Virus record (IMG/VR): IMGVR_UViG_3300031953_000030
Location: 1-47,939 of that record
Length of the DNA stretch: 47,939 nt
Direction: 5' to 3' (one strand)
From: a virus
Taxonomy: Duplodnaviria; Caudoviricetes
The position numbers and the translations under genes were made by a program. Below are positions 1 through 9,697 of the stretch, piece by piece (within the stretch, counting starts at the first letter, position 1; each line of letters begins with the position of its first letter). The notes beneath the pieces are model-generated. The model was given only the letters and a program-made list of their open reading frames with translations, was not told the DNA's origin and did not search any database.

Positions 1-101
1 ACTACTGTAGAATGGAACGGATATGACGAAACAAAAGTACCGCAACACTCGCAACGGTAAGGTAGGCTACAACACCCCCGAACAGGCGGCGCTGTTTCCT
101 C
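1..101. repeat. Terminal direct repeat, copy 1 (circular assembly overlap)
   Basis: Bases 1-101 are identical to 47839-47939, and the junction falls inside the tail gene cluster. Confidence 0.97.
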
Positions 102-259
102 ACCTCGAACTTGTTGCAGATGTTGCCAAACCTGCACTCCCAGAAATGTTCCGCGCCGGATTCTCTAATGAGAAGCGTGAAGTGGGCACCCAAGAAGAGA
201 AGGAAACAGAAGTGACAAAACCTGTCCAAACCAGTAAGCGCAAGGGTGGTGACAAGTAA
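23..259 (+). CDS. Small hypothetical protein between tail terminator and tail tube genes
   Basis: TAGAAT at 8-13 is 9 nt upstream of the ATG; TAATG overlap with the next gene. Confidence 0.75.
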   Translation: MTKQKYRNTRNGKVGYNTPEQAALFPHLELVADVAKPALPEMFRAGFSNEKREVGTQEEKETEVTKPVQTSKRKGGDK

Positions 260-855
260 TGTCAGATCGACTCCTACGTGCGCACCGCACGCTTCTACTC
301 GTTCCCATCGTAGATGTCGGTGGCGTATCTTACCTACTCGGTGGAACGCAAGCTGCATCAGTGATCACACCACTTGCAACCCCAACTGCAGCCGTTCTAA
401 ACACTTGGAGCGCAGTCGTTGACAACAGCTCCAGCATCTCCGCCATCGGTGGAAACATTAGCTGTGCTGTACTTGATAACGTTGACATCGGACTTTCCGA
501 TTCTGACACTGACGATGAACAGACCATTTGTTCACAGGCTGACGAATCTGAGCCTACGTTCTACAACGTGGATGCTTCACTCACTTTCCAGCGTGACGAG
601 GTTCCTACCGCATCTAACGTCCGCAACCTTGCATGGAACTTGCTCAAGGGTAAGGGTGCTCGCTATGCGATAATCGACCGTGCGTGGGGCGAATTTCTCT
701 CCACTGACCTGTTCGTTGCTGGACAGAAAATTGACATCTATGAGATTGATACAGATAACCTCGTGAATGAGACAGAAGATCAGGCAACCATTAAGGGTTC
801 GCAGAATTCAGTCCCTACCGGAGTTGTCCTTGTCAACGGAACGGTGGCCGCATAA
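259..855 (+). CDS. Major tail (tube) protein, paralog 1
   Basis: Tail-tube-like motifs (NISCAV, SDTDDEQTICS, NLAWNLL) and position upstream of chaperones and tape measure. Confidence 0.75.
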   Translation: MSDRLLRAHRTLLLVPIVDVGGVSYLLGGTQAASVITPLATPTAAVLNTWSAVVDNSSSISAIGGNISCAVLDNVDIGLSDSDTDDEQTICSQADESEPTFYNVDASLTFQRDEVPTASNVRNLAWNLLKGKGARYAIIDRAWGEFLSTDLFVAGQKIDIYEIDTDNLVNETEDQATIKGSQNSVPTGVVLVNGTVAA

Positions 856-1625
856 TGGCTAAAGTATTTTCCAACAAGCGCCGTACCCTTTGGGCGGCAA
901 CCGTGGGTTCCAACCCGTTCGCTGACGAGAAGGCTCCCACCGACGTAGAAATCAACGCAATGTTGAAGTTCTCCGCAGTTACCAAGTGGGATAGCACTGA
1001 CCTTGGCGTTCAGGAGTCTGAGCAGATTGATGACCGTGTTCTTACTGATGAGGGAACTGCGCAACGTGCGGGTTCGGCTCAGTTCGGTGGAACCGTCAAC
1101 TTGCTCACCCCCAAAGACCCTTCTGACATCAATGACCCTTCGGTTAAGGCGGCGGCACTGTTCGCTACCCTGAACATGCGTGAAGAGTTGTGGATTGTTG
1201 AGCGTGTTGTTTCGCTGGCAACTTCGGATGCCGCACCCGGTGACACTGTAACGGTGTACAAGGTGATGACGGATGCCAAGAAGAACCAGACTGAAGGCCA
1301 GTCCTCGTACTCATACACGGTTACCTTGCTTTCGCGTGGCACGCTGCTTCCGCAGTACGTTGTTGCTAATGGCACGACTGCTGGCGCAATCACCTTGACT
1401 GGTTATGCTGCTGGCCCTGCTGCTGGAACATACACATGGGGCAAGGCAACCTATGAGGGTATTGACATCACCAACCTTGCTGATTTCACCGTTAGTGACC
1501 CCGCCATTATCTCTACAACGAGTAACGGAATCGTGAAGGCCATCGCGTCTGGAACCGCAATGCTAACCCCGTCGTACCCCGGCGCGGCGGTTCATATTGG
1601 ATTGTCGTTTACCATACCTGTATAA
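855..1625 (+). CDS. Major tail (tube) protein, paralog 2, with Ig-like C-terminus
   Basis: SEQIDDR, WIVER and GDTVTVYKV tube-like motifs; C-terminal FTVSDPAI..GIVKAIASGTA resembles a Big_2 Ig-like domain. Confidence 0.75.
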   Translation: MAKVFSNKRRTLWAATVGSNPFADEKAPTDVEINAMLKFSAVTKWDSTDLGVQESEQIDDRVLTDEGTAQRAGSAQFGGTVNLLTPKDPSDINDPSVKAAALFATLNMREELWIVERVVSLATSDAAPGDTVTVYKVMTDAKKNQTEGQSSYSYTVTLLSRGTLLPQYVVANGTTAGAITLTGYAAGPAAGTYTWGKATYEGIDITNLADFTVSDPAIISTTSNGIVKAIASGTAMLTPSYPGAAVHIGLSFTIPV

Positions 1626-1633
1626 ACGTGGTA

Positions 1634-1675
1634 TAGAATTGGGGCTGGGCCGAATGGTTCAGCCCCTTTTTCTTT
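1634..1675 (+). terminator. Intrinsic terminator overlapped by a -10 box
   Basis: TAGAAT 1634-1639; stem GGGGCTGGGCC/GGTTCAGCCCC 1641-1666; T-tract follows. Confidence 0.8.
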
Positions 1676-1687
1676 GGAGGAAAACAA

Positions 1688-2350
1688 ATGAGTGAAGAAA
1701 TTACTGATGAAGTAGTTGACAAGATCGTTGAAGATGCACAGGCCGAGTTTGACCTATTTGATGCAGTTGTCGACAGGCCCAAGGTTGAAGATAGTGTTCG
1801 CCTGTTCATGGATGAAGTTACCGGCAAGGCTCTTGGGTATGCTGTCGATGTTCCCAACCCGAACCCCCTCGGCAAGACAATTCGCGAACGCTCTGGTGTT
1901 ATCGGGAAGATTGATGAGCTTGAACCGCTGGGATCAACACTTGCTGAGGATGTTAAGGAACTCGCAGAACTGAAGAAGCAAGCGGCTGACTTGCGCGCGA
2001 AGCTTGTCGCCTCCAGCTTCACGGTCACACTCCGTGCCTTCCCTGAGATCGTGGAGAAGGTGGCAAAGCGTGAGACTCGCAAGAGGTTTATGAAGAAAGG
2101 CGAGAAGAAGTTTGCTGAGGATGTCACCGAGGACGCTGAGCGCTTCTTCCTGCAAAGCCTACTGTCTGCCGCAATTGTGGAAATCAAGCAAGCCAACGGT
2201 GCCACACGATCGAACGTGACAGTTGACGAACTGGAAATCCTACAGTCGAACCTTCCGAAGCCTGAATGGACGCGACTCAATGAGCTTCTTGATGAAGTAC
2301 AGTACAGTGCCAAGATTGCCCACGACGCTGGACAAGACCTAGATTTTTAG
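1688..2350 (+). CDS. Tail assembly chaperone (gpG-like)
   Basis: GGAGG RBS; lies between tube and tape measure genes; ends GAT TTT TAG. Confidence 0.8.
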   Translation: MSEEITDEVVDKIVEDAQAEFDLFDAVVDRPKVEDSVRLFMDEVTGKALGYAVDVPNPNPLGKTIRERSGVIGKIDELEPLGSTLAEDVKELAELKKQAADLRAKLVASSFTVTLRAFPEIVEKVAKRETRKRFMKKGEKKFAEDVTEDAERFFLQSLLSAAIVEIKQANGATRSNVTVDELEILQSNLPKPEWTRLNELLDEVQYSAKIAHDAGQDLDF

Positions 2351-2775
2351 TCTCGTACTTGTCGTGGATTCCCGGCAACAAGTACGTTCCCTATATCCGG
2401 GCCGCAATGAGTTGGGGGCTTAGGCCAACCGCGATTCTGCTTGAACTGAAGAAGCCGCAAGGCCGGTGGTCTGTCATGGATCACCGGCTTGCTGCCGCAC
2501 TCTCGGTGGTTGACTCGGAGAAGACTTCTGGTGGCTACCCGATGTTCATTGCTGAGTCTGATGAGCGTGTGCAGTGGCGTGAGGTGCGCACCGAGGACAA
2601 TGGTGCCGCTATGCTAGAAAGGCTTGAGAGTACCCGCCGAGAGAAGAAAGATTATAAGCCCGAACATGGTGTCACCTACTATGCCGAACCGTACCTTGAT
2701 GAGAAGGATGGCAAGTGGCCTACTCGCAAAGAGTGGATGGTGGAGCAGGAGGAGAAACGCAAGATGCGGGACTGA
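2344..2775 (+). CDS. Tail assembly chaperone extension (gpGT-like), probably reached by -1 frameshift
   Basis: The -1 frame from T TTT at 2344 is open (FLVSYLSWIPG...) to 2775; no RBS before TTG 2359. Confidence 0.7.
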   Translation, partial: FLVSYLSWIPGNKYVPYIRAAMSWGLRPTAILLELKKPQGRWSVMDHRLAAALSVVDSEKTSGGYPMFIAESDERVQWREVRTEDNGAAMLERLESTRREKKDYKPEHGVTYYAEPYLDEKDGKWPTRKEWMVEQEEKRKMRD

Positions 2776-2828
2776 ATGCGGTAGAATGGTTTCTACTGTG
2801 ATAACTATTTTCTTGGTGGTGGAACCTA

Positions 2829-5800
2829 ATGGCTGATCAAGAATCTAAAGTACGCATAGTTGTCGAGGTTAGCGATGCCGAACTTAATGACCTAGTAAGG
2901 TCACTTGGCCTACTTGAACAAGAGGCTGGAGCTTCCGGCAAGGCGGTTCGTAGTCTTTCCAAGGATGCGATTGCCCTATCCAAGGGCGAGGCTGGCGCGA
3001 GCGCCGCCACCAAGTCCATGAATACCAACCTAACTGGTGCAACAAAGAACCAGCAGGGGTGGAAGACTGCGCTGGATGACAGTAACGGTTCTCTTGCGCG
3101 TTCGCGTTACGCACTGTACGATGTAGCGCAAACATATGGCGCAATCTCGGCCGCACTTCTTGGTGTATCAATTCTAGCAATCAAGGTTGGTGCAGACTTT
3201 GAGAAAGCATTCACTCAGGTCGAGCGTACAACGCTCACAAGCTCTGGTGCGCTCGTTGGCAACATTGATCAGATTCGTGAATCCCTCGTCAACCTGTCAA
3301 CCGAGATGCCGGTTGCGTTCGATGAGCTTTCTAGTATTGCTTCTGTTGGTGCCCAGATTGGTCTACCAACTGAGAGCCTTGCAAAGTTCACCGAGGTAGT
3401 TGCAAAGTTCTCCGCCATCACCGGCGTATCGGTTGAAAGTGCAGCGCTCTCGTTTGCAAGCTTGGCTGCCGTAACTGGCGTTGCCGCTGAAGACTATGAC
3501 AAACTCGGCTCGGCCATTGCGCTTGTTGGTGTAAACTCTCGCGCCACTGAAGATCAGATACTTTCCGTTTCCAAGGAAATCTCTAACCTAACAAGCAAGG
3601 CTGGGTTTAGCACCGAAGAGGTTATCGGGCTTGCTGGCGCAATGGCTTCATTGAACATTGCTCCGGAGCGTGCACGAGGAACACTAGGACTCTACTTTGG
3701 TGCACTGAACACTGCTATCGCTGAGGGTGGAACCGCAATGGCGAAGTTCTCCACCATTGCTGGCATCTCCTCCGAGAAGATTGAACAGCTTGTTCGTTCA
3801 GGTAAGGGCGGTGAGGAGATTTTCTCTGGGTTCCTCAAGGGGCTTGGCGATCTTGACAACGTTCAGGTCACTCAAGCCCTTGATGACCTAGATTTGTCTC
3901 AGTTGCGTGCCGCTGACTCTCTCGGCCGACTTGCTTCGCAGCAGAAAATCTACAACAGCACTCAGGCTGATGCCCAAAAGGGGTTCACTGAGGGAATCTT
4001 CCTTGACCAAGCGTATGCGCTCATTCTTGATGACCTGAACTCGCAGTGGAAGATTCTCATCAATAGCCTAAACGCTCTTGTTGAAGAGCTGACTGGTGGC
4101 CTCGTGCCCGGTCTTGCTGGCGCGATTGGCTTGCTATCTCAGTTTGTCAACTGGATGCGCGAAATTGGCGAGAGCACTACTGCTCAGGTTATCAGCCGAA
4201 CTGCTTTGGCGCTCTCCGTAATGGCTGGTACCCTTATTGCGTTCAAGGCCATAGCAGCACTCGCTACAGCTTCCACGTATGCCCTCGTAACCGCCAACAC
4301 CGCTCTAGCAGCACAGGGCACTAGCCTTGGACTCTGGGGCCTTGTTAAGACGATGTTCCAGTTCGGCAACTACAGTAGGAATGCCGCAGTCCAGTCTCGT
4401 GCTGCCGCTAGTGGCGTGGGTGTACTTGGCGCTACGTCCGCCACCGCATCGGTTGGGGTCAGTCGCTTGAGCGGTGCGCTTCTAGGGCTTGGTCGTGCCA
4501 CTGTTGTTTTCGGAATCCTGCAACTGGCGATCAGCCTAGTGTCTGACTTCCGCGGTACGATCCTGAACCTTCTCGGTCCGCTAAACGCTGTTGCCGAAGT
4601 TGGTTACAAAGTGTACGACAGCATTATCGGTGTCATGCGTGCGGTTTCGCAGGCCATGGGTGTATTTGGCGGGTTCGTCAGTTCCGGTGCAGACAACTTT
4701 GAGAAATTTACTCAGGCAGGGCGCAATAACCTTGCCGCAATGAACAAGTGGGCAAACAGCTTACCACAGGCCAGTAAAGCGGCTTCCGGTCTGGAGAATG
4801 CCAGTTACGACCTGAGCGATTCCCTTACCAATGTTGCCGACACCTCTGCGGGCGCATCGAGTGGCATTGACGACGTTGGCGGCGCTGCCGCTGGTGCTGC
4901 GGCGGAAGTGCGCACACTCGTTGACTACGCCTCAGACCTTAGCGGTGTATTCTCGCGCGCGTTTGATATTCGCTACGGCTCGCAGTCCTCTATGGACTCA
5001 GTTACTAGCGCATGGCGCGACTTGAACGATGAGATGGATGACTACAGGCGTAAGACTCGGGAACTTTCCGCAGACCGCAAGGTTAAGCAATACTTCCTTA
5101 GCGTGGCTGAAGCTTATGGTGACACATTGCGTGCCGGTGTTCTGCGTTCCGAACTTGAGGGTATTGATAAAGACCTAGCCGTGGCAACCGCTGGCGTGTC
5201 CACGGAGTTGAAGGGCAACTCTGTTGCGGCAGTTGAGAACCGCAAACGTGTAACTGACCTAGTTTCTGGCTATGAAGATTACATTGTCAAACTGGCGGAG
5301 TCCGGCGCAACGCAATCCGAGTTGACTACTGCTGTTGCACGCTCGAAGGCAAGCTTCCTTGCTCAGGGTGTAGCCTTGGGGTACTCTGCCGCACAGTTGA
5401 AGCCATATGTTGCTGGTTTCGATGATATGATCAAGATTATTGCTAGGGTCCCGCGCAACATTACGGTTAGCGCAAACACTGACCCAGCACTTCAGGCATT
5501 GGCGGAGTTCGCTGCCAGAGCTACAGCGCAGGCAGGTAAGACGTATAGCGGAGGCACCATAACTGCCCCAAGAATCTCTGGCGGGAGTGCACTGTCTTGG
5601 TCTGAGTGGACCAAGGCACACGTTCAGGGAATCTCAGCATCAGCATCAGCATCCGCATGGAACACATACCTCGCTAACGCCCGCTGGCGCTACAACCAGT
5701 ACGCTTCCGGTTTCCGTGGGTATGCCAGTGGTGGTTCCGTTGGCTACACGGGCAATGGTGGCAAGTATGAACCAAAGGGTGTTGTTCATGGTGGAGAGTT

Positions 5801-6086
5801 TGTCTTCACCAAAGAGGCAACCCAGAAGGCTGGTGTCGGAAACCTATACGGCATGATGAATGCTTTTGAGCGCGGTCGCGGAATGTACAGTGGTGGCGCG
5901 GTAACCCCAACAGTGAACAGAGGTGGTGGCGGTGGCAGTAGCGGGCCTCAGATTGTTCACCTGTCCCCAGAAGACAGAAGCCTTCTGGCTCGTGCTGGTG
6001 ATATAAGATTGTACCTTGATGGTAGACAGGTTGCACAGTCAGGTTGGAACAACACCGTCTCGGCTGCACGGAGAGAGAGTAACTAA
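2829..6086 (+). CDS. Tape measure protein
   Basis: 1085 aa, Ala-rich and helical; TP901-type core (DFEKAFTQVERT); C-terminal GYTGNGGKYEPKGVVHGGEFV motif. Confidence 0.95.
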   Translation: MADQESKVRIVVEVSDAELNDLVRSLGLLEQEAGASGKAVRSLSKDAIALSKGEAGASAATKSMNTNLTGATKNQQGWKTALDDSNGSLARSRYALYDVAQTYGAISAALLGVSILAIKVGADFEKAFTQVERTTLTSSGALVGNIDQIRESLVNLSTEMPVAFDELSSIASVGAQIGLPTESLAKFTEVVAKFSAITGVSVESAALSFASLAAVTGVAAEDYDKLGSAIALVGVNSRATEDQILSVSKEISNLTSKAGFSTEEVIGLAGAMASLNIAPERARGTLGLYFGALNTAIAEGGTAMAKFSTIAGISSEKIEQLVRSGKGGEEIFSGFLKGLGDLDNVQVTQALDDLDLSQLRAADSLGRLASQQKIYNSTQADAQKGFTEGIFLDQAYALILDDLNSQWKILINSLNALVEELTGGLVPGLAGAIGLLSQFVNWMREIGESTTAQVISRTALALSVMAGTLIAFKAIAALATASTYALVTANTALAAQGTSLGLWGLVKTMFQFGNYSRNAAVQSRAAASGVGVLGATSATASVGVSRLSGALLGLGRATVVFGILQLAISLVSDFRGTILNLLGPLNAVAEVGYKVYDSIIGVMRAVSQAMGVFGGFVSSGADNFEKFTQAGRNNLAAMNKWANSLPQASKAASGLENASYDLSDSLTNVADTSAGASSGIDDVGGAAAGAAAEVRTLVDYASDLSGVFSRAFDIRYGSQSSMDSVTSAWRDLNDEMDDYRRKTRELSADRKVKQYFLSVAEAYGDTLRAGVLRSELEGIDKDLAVATAGVSTELKGNSVAAVENRKRVTDLVSGYEDYIVKLAESGATQSELTTAVARSKASFLAQGVALGYSAAQLKPYVAGFDDMIKIIARVPRNITVSANTDPALQALAEFAARATAQAGKTYSGGTITAPRISGGSALSWSEWTKAHVQGISASASASAWNTYLANARWRYNQYASGFRGYASGGSVGYTGNGGKYEPKGVVHGGEFVFTKEATQKAGVGNLYGMMNAFERGRGMYSGGAVTPTVNRGGGGGSSGPQIVHLSPEDRSLLARAGDIRLYLDGRQVAQSGWNNTVSAARRESN

Positions 6087-6937
6087 TGGCTGAAGGAATG
6101 TGGTTCGGAACCCGCAATAACATGCGATGGATCAAAGCACCCCAAGTCGGTATGCCCTCGGCCAAGTCCGGTCGCTACAGCGACGCTGAGTACATCAATG
6201 GTGGCGCGTTTGCGCAATCCTCCACAGCGTCACACAAAAACTATCGCATGACGTGGGAATCTGCCACCCGCGATCAGGTGCGCCCCATCATGGATTACCG
6301 TGATGGACTTTACGGGAATGGCCCGTTTTACTGGTGCGACCCTATTGCTATGCAGTACAATCTTCTCCCGCAATGGCTTGCATCCCCCTTTCAGGGACTT
6401 GACGATGGACTTATCCTGACCGGCAAGGATGCTCGCGGCGAGCCTGTTGACACGCCTGCAAATATCCTCAACTACCCGACACAGAGTATTCGCTACACGG
6501 TTGCGGCAAGTGACCCGGTGAAGAAGGTTTGGGTTCCCATCCCCAGCGGATATACTTTGTGGGTTGGTGCTCATGGGCAGGATGGCACTGGCGGTACAGT
6601 TGTTGCCACCCCCACTACTGGACCTACCACCACTGGCACGGCGGTCAACTTGACTTTGCTTTCAGTTACGTCCACTACTCGCGTGAATCAGTCTTTCGAT
6701 GGTGACACTTACGGTGGAGTTTTGGTCAGCCTTGGTGGTGTCGGAACGGTAACGCTGTCCGGCATCATAGTTCAGGTATTTAAGACTGGCACCACACCGC
6801 CCACTGGTGACTTTATCTCAGGTCAAGGCCACTCGGGTTGCTCCTTCAGCGGATGGCCGGACTACACCCCGTACAGTGCCGCACTGGACATTGTTGGCCT
6901 TGTGGCGGAGTTTGTAGAAACTGAAGGGTGGGCGTAG
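6086..6937 (+). CDS. Minor tail protein (distal-tail-like)
   Basis: Directly after the tape measure gene with TAATG coupling; beta-rich. Confidence 0.75.
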   Translation: MAEGMWFGTRNNMRWIKAPQVGMPSAKSGRYSDAEYINGGAFAQSSTASHKNYRMTWESATRDQVRPIMDYRDGLYGNGPFYWCDPIAMQYNLLPQWLASPFQGLDDGLILTGKDARGEPVDTPANILNYPTQSIRYTVAASDPVKKVWVPIPSGYTLWVGAHGQDGTGGTVVATPTTGPTTTGTAVNLTLLSVTSTTRVNQSFDGDTYGGVLVSLGGVGTVTLSGIIVQVFKTGTTPPTGDFISGQGHSGCSFSGWPDYTPYSAALDIVGLVAEFVETEGWA

Positions 6938-6941
6938 CCGT

Positions 6942-8549
6942 ATGGCTGTTGAGGTAGAGGTTGTCGGAAACGGCAAGTTCAAAGGCTCACGCTCCAACAT
7001 ACTCAAATACTCGGTAAACGAGGATGCTACACCGACACGTCCGGGTGACTTTAGCGGCGGAACCGGGACTGTAGACTTCTCGGCCAGTGAAGTAACTGGG
7101 TACAAAGGCTCTACCCTGTTGATGAATGACACCATCAACCTGTCCGACACTGGTTCCGGCACAACAACTGGCAAGGTTGATTCGCTTACGATAGAGAACG
7201 GAGTTGTTAGCGTTTCCGGCCTTAGCCGCCTTGAACTATTGAACGCTTCTGCCAACATTCCCCTAGTGGACGGCACCCTTGACTCGGTTGTCCGCCAAAT
7301 TCTTGCGCTTGCTGGGATCACCACGGGTATCGTAATTGATACTGCAATTCAGTCAACGCCCGTGCGTGGTCGCGGTGGCGAGAAAAGTTATTGGCTTTTC
7401 CTGAAGGAACTGTGTGCTGCATATCAGGTAGAGATTTCACTTGTCAGCAACAATGTTGTTGTTCGTGGGTTGCGTCAGCGTAGTGCCTTTACCGGGAAGA
7501 TTGAGTCACAGTCTTACTCTGTCGGTAACGGTGATCTTGCGCGCAACATTGAGGTTGCATACTACAACTACCAGACCATAAGTAGCGCACTCGTCTATCC
7601 GTATGGTGGCTGGACTTCTGATGTTGATGTTTTTCAGGTTGATGCTAGCGAGTCTAGGACAATAAACATCCCCGTTGACGTGAACATTGCTTCTCTGTCG
7701 CAACCAACAATGGTTTCATCGGTAGCACGGGATTATTCTGGGCCGACAAGCGTTTATGCTATTGCCGGGAACGATGGCCTACCGATTGCCCCCGCACTGT
7801 GGGCGGATAACGGTGGCTCGCTGTCTGTTTCTATTGGGGAAGATCGCGAGAGTATTGACGTAAAAGTCAGAGGTATGTACCTAGCCGAGTACGCTCCATA
7901 CCAGATTGCCATGTCCTCTGGTCCCTCAGATTACTACTCCAGTTTACGTCTTATTGGCTCCGGTACTGGGTTTACCCGTAAGACTGTGATTGTTCCAACA
8001 GGCGTTCCAGCGAGTAAAACCTCCACCGACTTGGGTACAACTATTGACAACCCGTTCATTAGCTCCAAGGCCGCAGCGCAGTCGGCAGCCTTACTTGCCG
8101 CGGGGAGTCTTGCCTCGGCGGAGCAGTCTATTCGGATTACCGCCACGTTCATAAACCGTGCTACCGAGAGCGGCAGCTACGTCTACCCACTTTTCTCAGA
8201 CTACAACGCTACGGCGGCTGGAACAACATTTGCGGATTTTGCTACAACATGGTCAGGTCAGACCTTTGCGCAGTTTGATGATGCCCAGTTTGCTCTTGTT
8301 CAGGAACAGTTTGCCAACCAAGTTTTTGGAAACGTTGCTGGCGCAAGGATTAGGTACGGTGATGCCGTGTACCGTATACGCTCTGCCACGATTAGCGAGG
8401 ATGGCATCACATCTGCCACGGCGGAGACTGATACAATATTCTCTGACTTCGATACCGCGTGGTCCGGTAAGACTTTTTCGCAGTTTGATTCGCACTTTGC
8501 TGGACTAAAATTTGAGGACTATTCGATGATACCGTTGGCTAAACCATGA
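6942..8549 (+). CDS. Minor tail / baseplate hub protein
   Basis: Synteny; internal repeat F.DF...WSG.TF.QFD near the C-terminus. Confidence 0.7.
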   Translation: MAVEVEVVGNGKFKGSRSNILKYSVNEDATPTRPGDFSGGTGTVDFSASEVTGYKGSTLLMNDTINLSDTGSGTTTGKVDSLTIENGVVSVSGLSRLELLNASANIPLVDGTLDSVVRQILALAGITTGIVIDTAIQSTPVRGRGGEKSYWLFLKELCAAYQVEISLVSNNVVVRGLRQRSAFTGKIESQSYSVGNGDLARNIEVAYYNYQTISSALVYPYGGWTSDVDVFQVDASESRTINIPVDVNIASLSQPTMVSSVARDYSGPTSVYAIAGNDGLPIAPALWADNGGSLSVSIGEDRESIDVKVRGMYLAEYAPYQIAMSSGPSDYYSSLRLIGSGTGFTRKTVIVPTGVPASKTSTDLGTTIDNPFISSKAAAQSAALLAAGSLASAEQSIRITATFINRATESGSYVYPLFSDYNATAAGTTFADFATTWSGQTFAQFDDAQFALVQEQFANQVFGNVAGARIRYGDAVYRIRSATISEDGITSATAETDTIFSDFDTAWSGKTFSQFDSHFAGLKFEDYSMIPLAKP

Positions 8550-9178
8550 CATTAGAAACCCCTCCAGACCCAAAACTTGAACCCCAATCGCAACCGTGGG
8601 GCAGGTGGGTATCGCGTAGCATCTCGGGGCTACTATCTTCTATTGTAAATACCACCGCTAGCCTGAGAAGGCTTACGGCTGATACTGCCGCGAACTTCAA
8701 CCGGCAACAAGCCCAGATCAGAGCCATGCCGCTACCAGTAATTGCGGAATCCAGTTTCACTAGTTTTGCAATGGCTGGTGGGTTCCTCGACATCAGCAAC
8801 ATTGCCGTACCTGCAAACAAGACCAAAATGAGTGTTGTCGCTATCGCTACCCTGATCGCCCGCGATGTAACCTCTGGCGGGGTTGCCAGCTTTACTGGCG
8901 GTTTCGTTATTGAGGCTCAAGATTCTAGCGGAGGAGGATCGCTGGTAACTTACTGGCAGCAGAACGGAACAAAAATTGGGTCAACCAAATTCCCGGCAAC
9001 ACCACTGACCGGAACATCGAACAGTCTGGTGATCCCATTTTCCACCAGTTATAGCGCCCTAACCCCCGGCAGCATTCTCAAGATGACGCTGCAAGCCGGT
9101 AGCAATAATGCGGCAGCGTTCTCATCAAGCGCGGACAATCAGGCAATAATTTCTGTTCAATACACTTTCTTTGAATAG
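8546..9178 (+). CDS. Minor tail protein
   Basis: ATGA overlap; N-terminal PQSQPWGRWV plus coiled coil, typical of actinophage minor tail proteins. Confidence 0.65.
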   Translation: MTLETPPDPKLEPQSQPWGRWVSRSISGLLSSIVNTTASLRRLTADTAANFNRQQAQIRAMPLPVIAESSFTSFAMAGGFLDISNIAVPANKTKMSVVAIATLIARDVTSGGVASFTGGFVIEAQDSSGGGSLVTYWQQNGTKIGSTKFPATPLTGTSNSLVIPFSTSYSALTPGSILKMTLQAGSNNAAAFSSSADNQAIISVQYTFFE

Positions 9179-9206
9179 CCCCAATACCTGATAGAATTGG
9201 ATAACC

Positions 9207-9641
9207 ATGCCAGCAAATACAAGCCCAGATAACATTGTCTACCCCGTATCAACAGACCCGGTAGCGCCACTTGAAAGCGTGTTTGCTTCAATGGCAACAA
9301 GCGTTCAGACCGCGCTCAACTCTAAGGCCAGCACCACTGATACCGGGTGGATAGTACCGACACTGAACGCCGGGTGGACAAACAGCGACATGATCGCCTA
9401 CAGGCGACTCAACGGCGTGGTCTACATTCGGGGGTCCGGGGCATCTATAGGTGCGACAGCAGCCGCCTTTGCCCTCCCTGTGGGGTTTCGGCCCGATGTC
9501 AACAGGTCGTTTTTTCTGGATAGCGTCGGCTCCCCCGTCCGGTCAGCGATTACAGCGTCAAGCGGGAATGTGGGGCCGGTTGCAGCGGCGTCACTTGCCT
9601 CGCTTAGCTTCGGCGGCACCCCCGTATTCATTGCAGCGTAA
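9207..9641 (+). CDS. Minor tail / fibre (receptor-binding-like) protein
   Basis: DTGW..YRRLNGVVYIRG..FALPVGFRP head-domain motif; TGATAGAAT promoter upstream. Confidence 0.7.
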   Translation: MPANTSPDNIVYPVSTDPVAPLESVFASMATSVQTALNSKASTTDTGWIVPTLNAGWTNSDMIAYRRLNGVVYIRGSGASIGATAAAFALPVGFRPDVNRSFFLDSVGSPVRSAITASSGNVGPVAAASLASLSFGGTPVFIAA

Positions 9642-9697
9642 TACCCCTCTGCCCGCTACATGAGGGGCTTTCCACAAAATCTAGTTAGGAGATTGGC

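Noticed and set aside
1-101. The 101-bp terminal repeat as a biological DTR
   Set aside because: It cuts through a gene in the tail cluster and is an exact overlap typical of circular assembly; the real termini cannot be determined from this sequence
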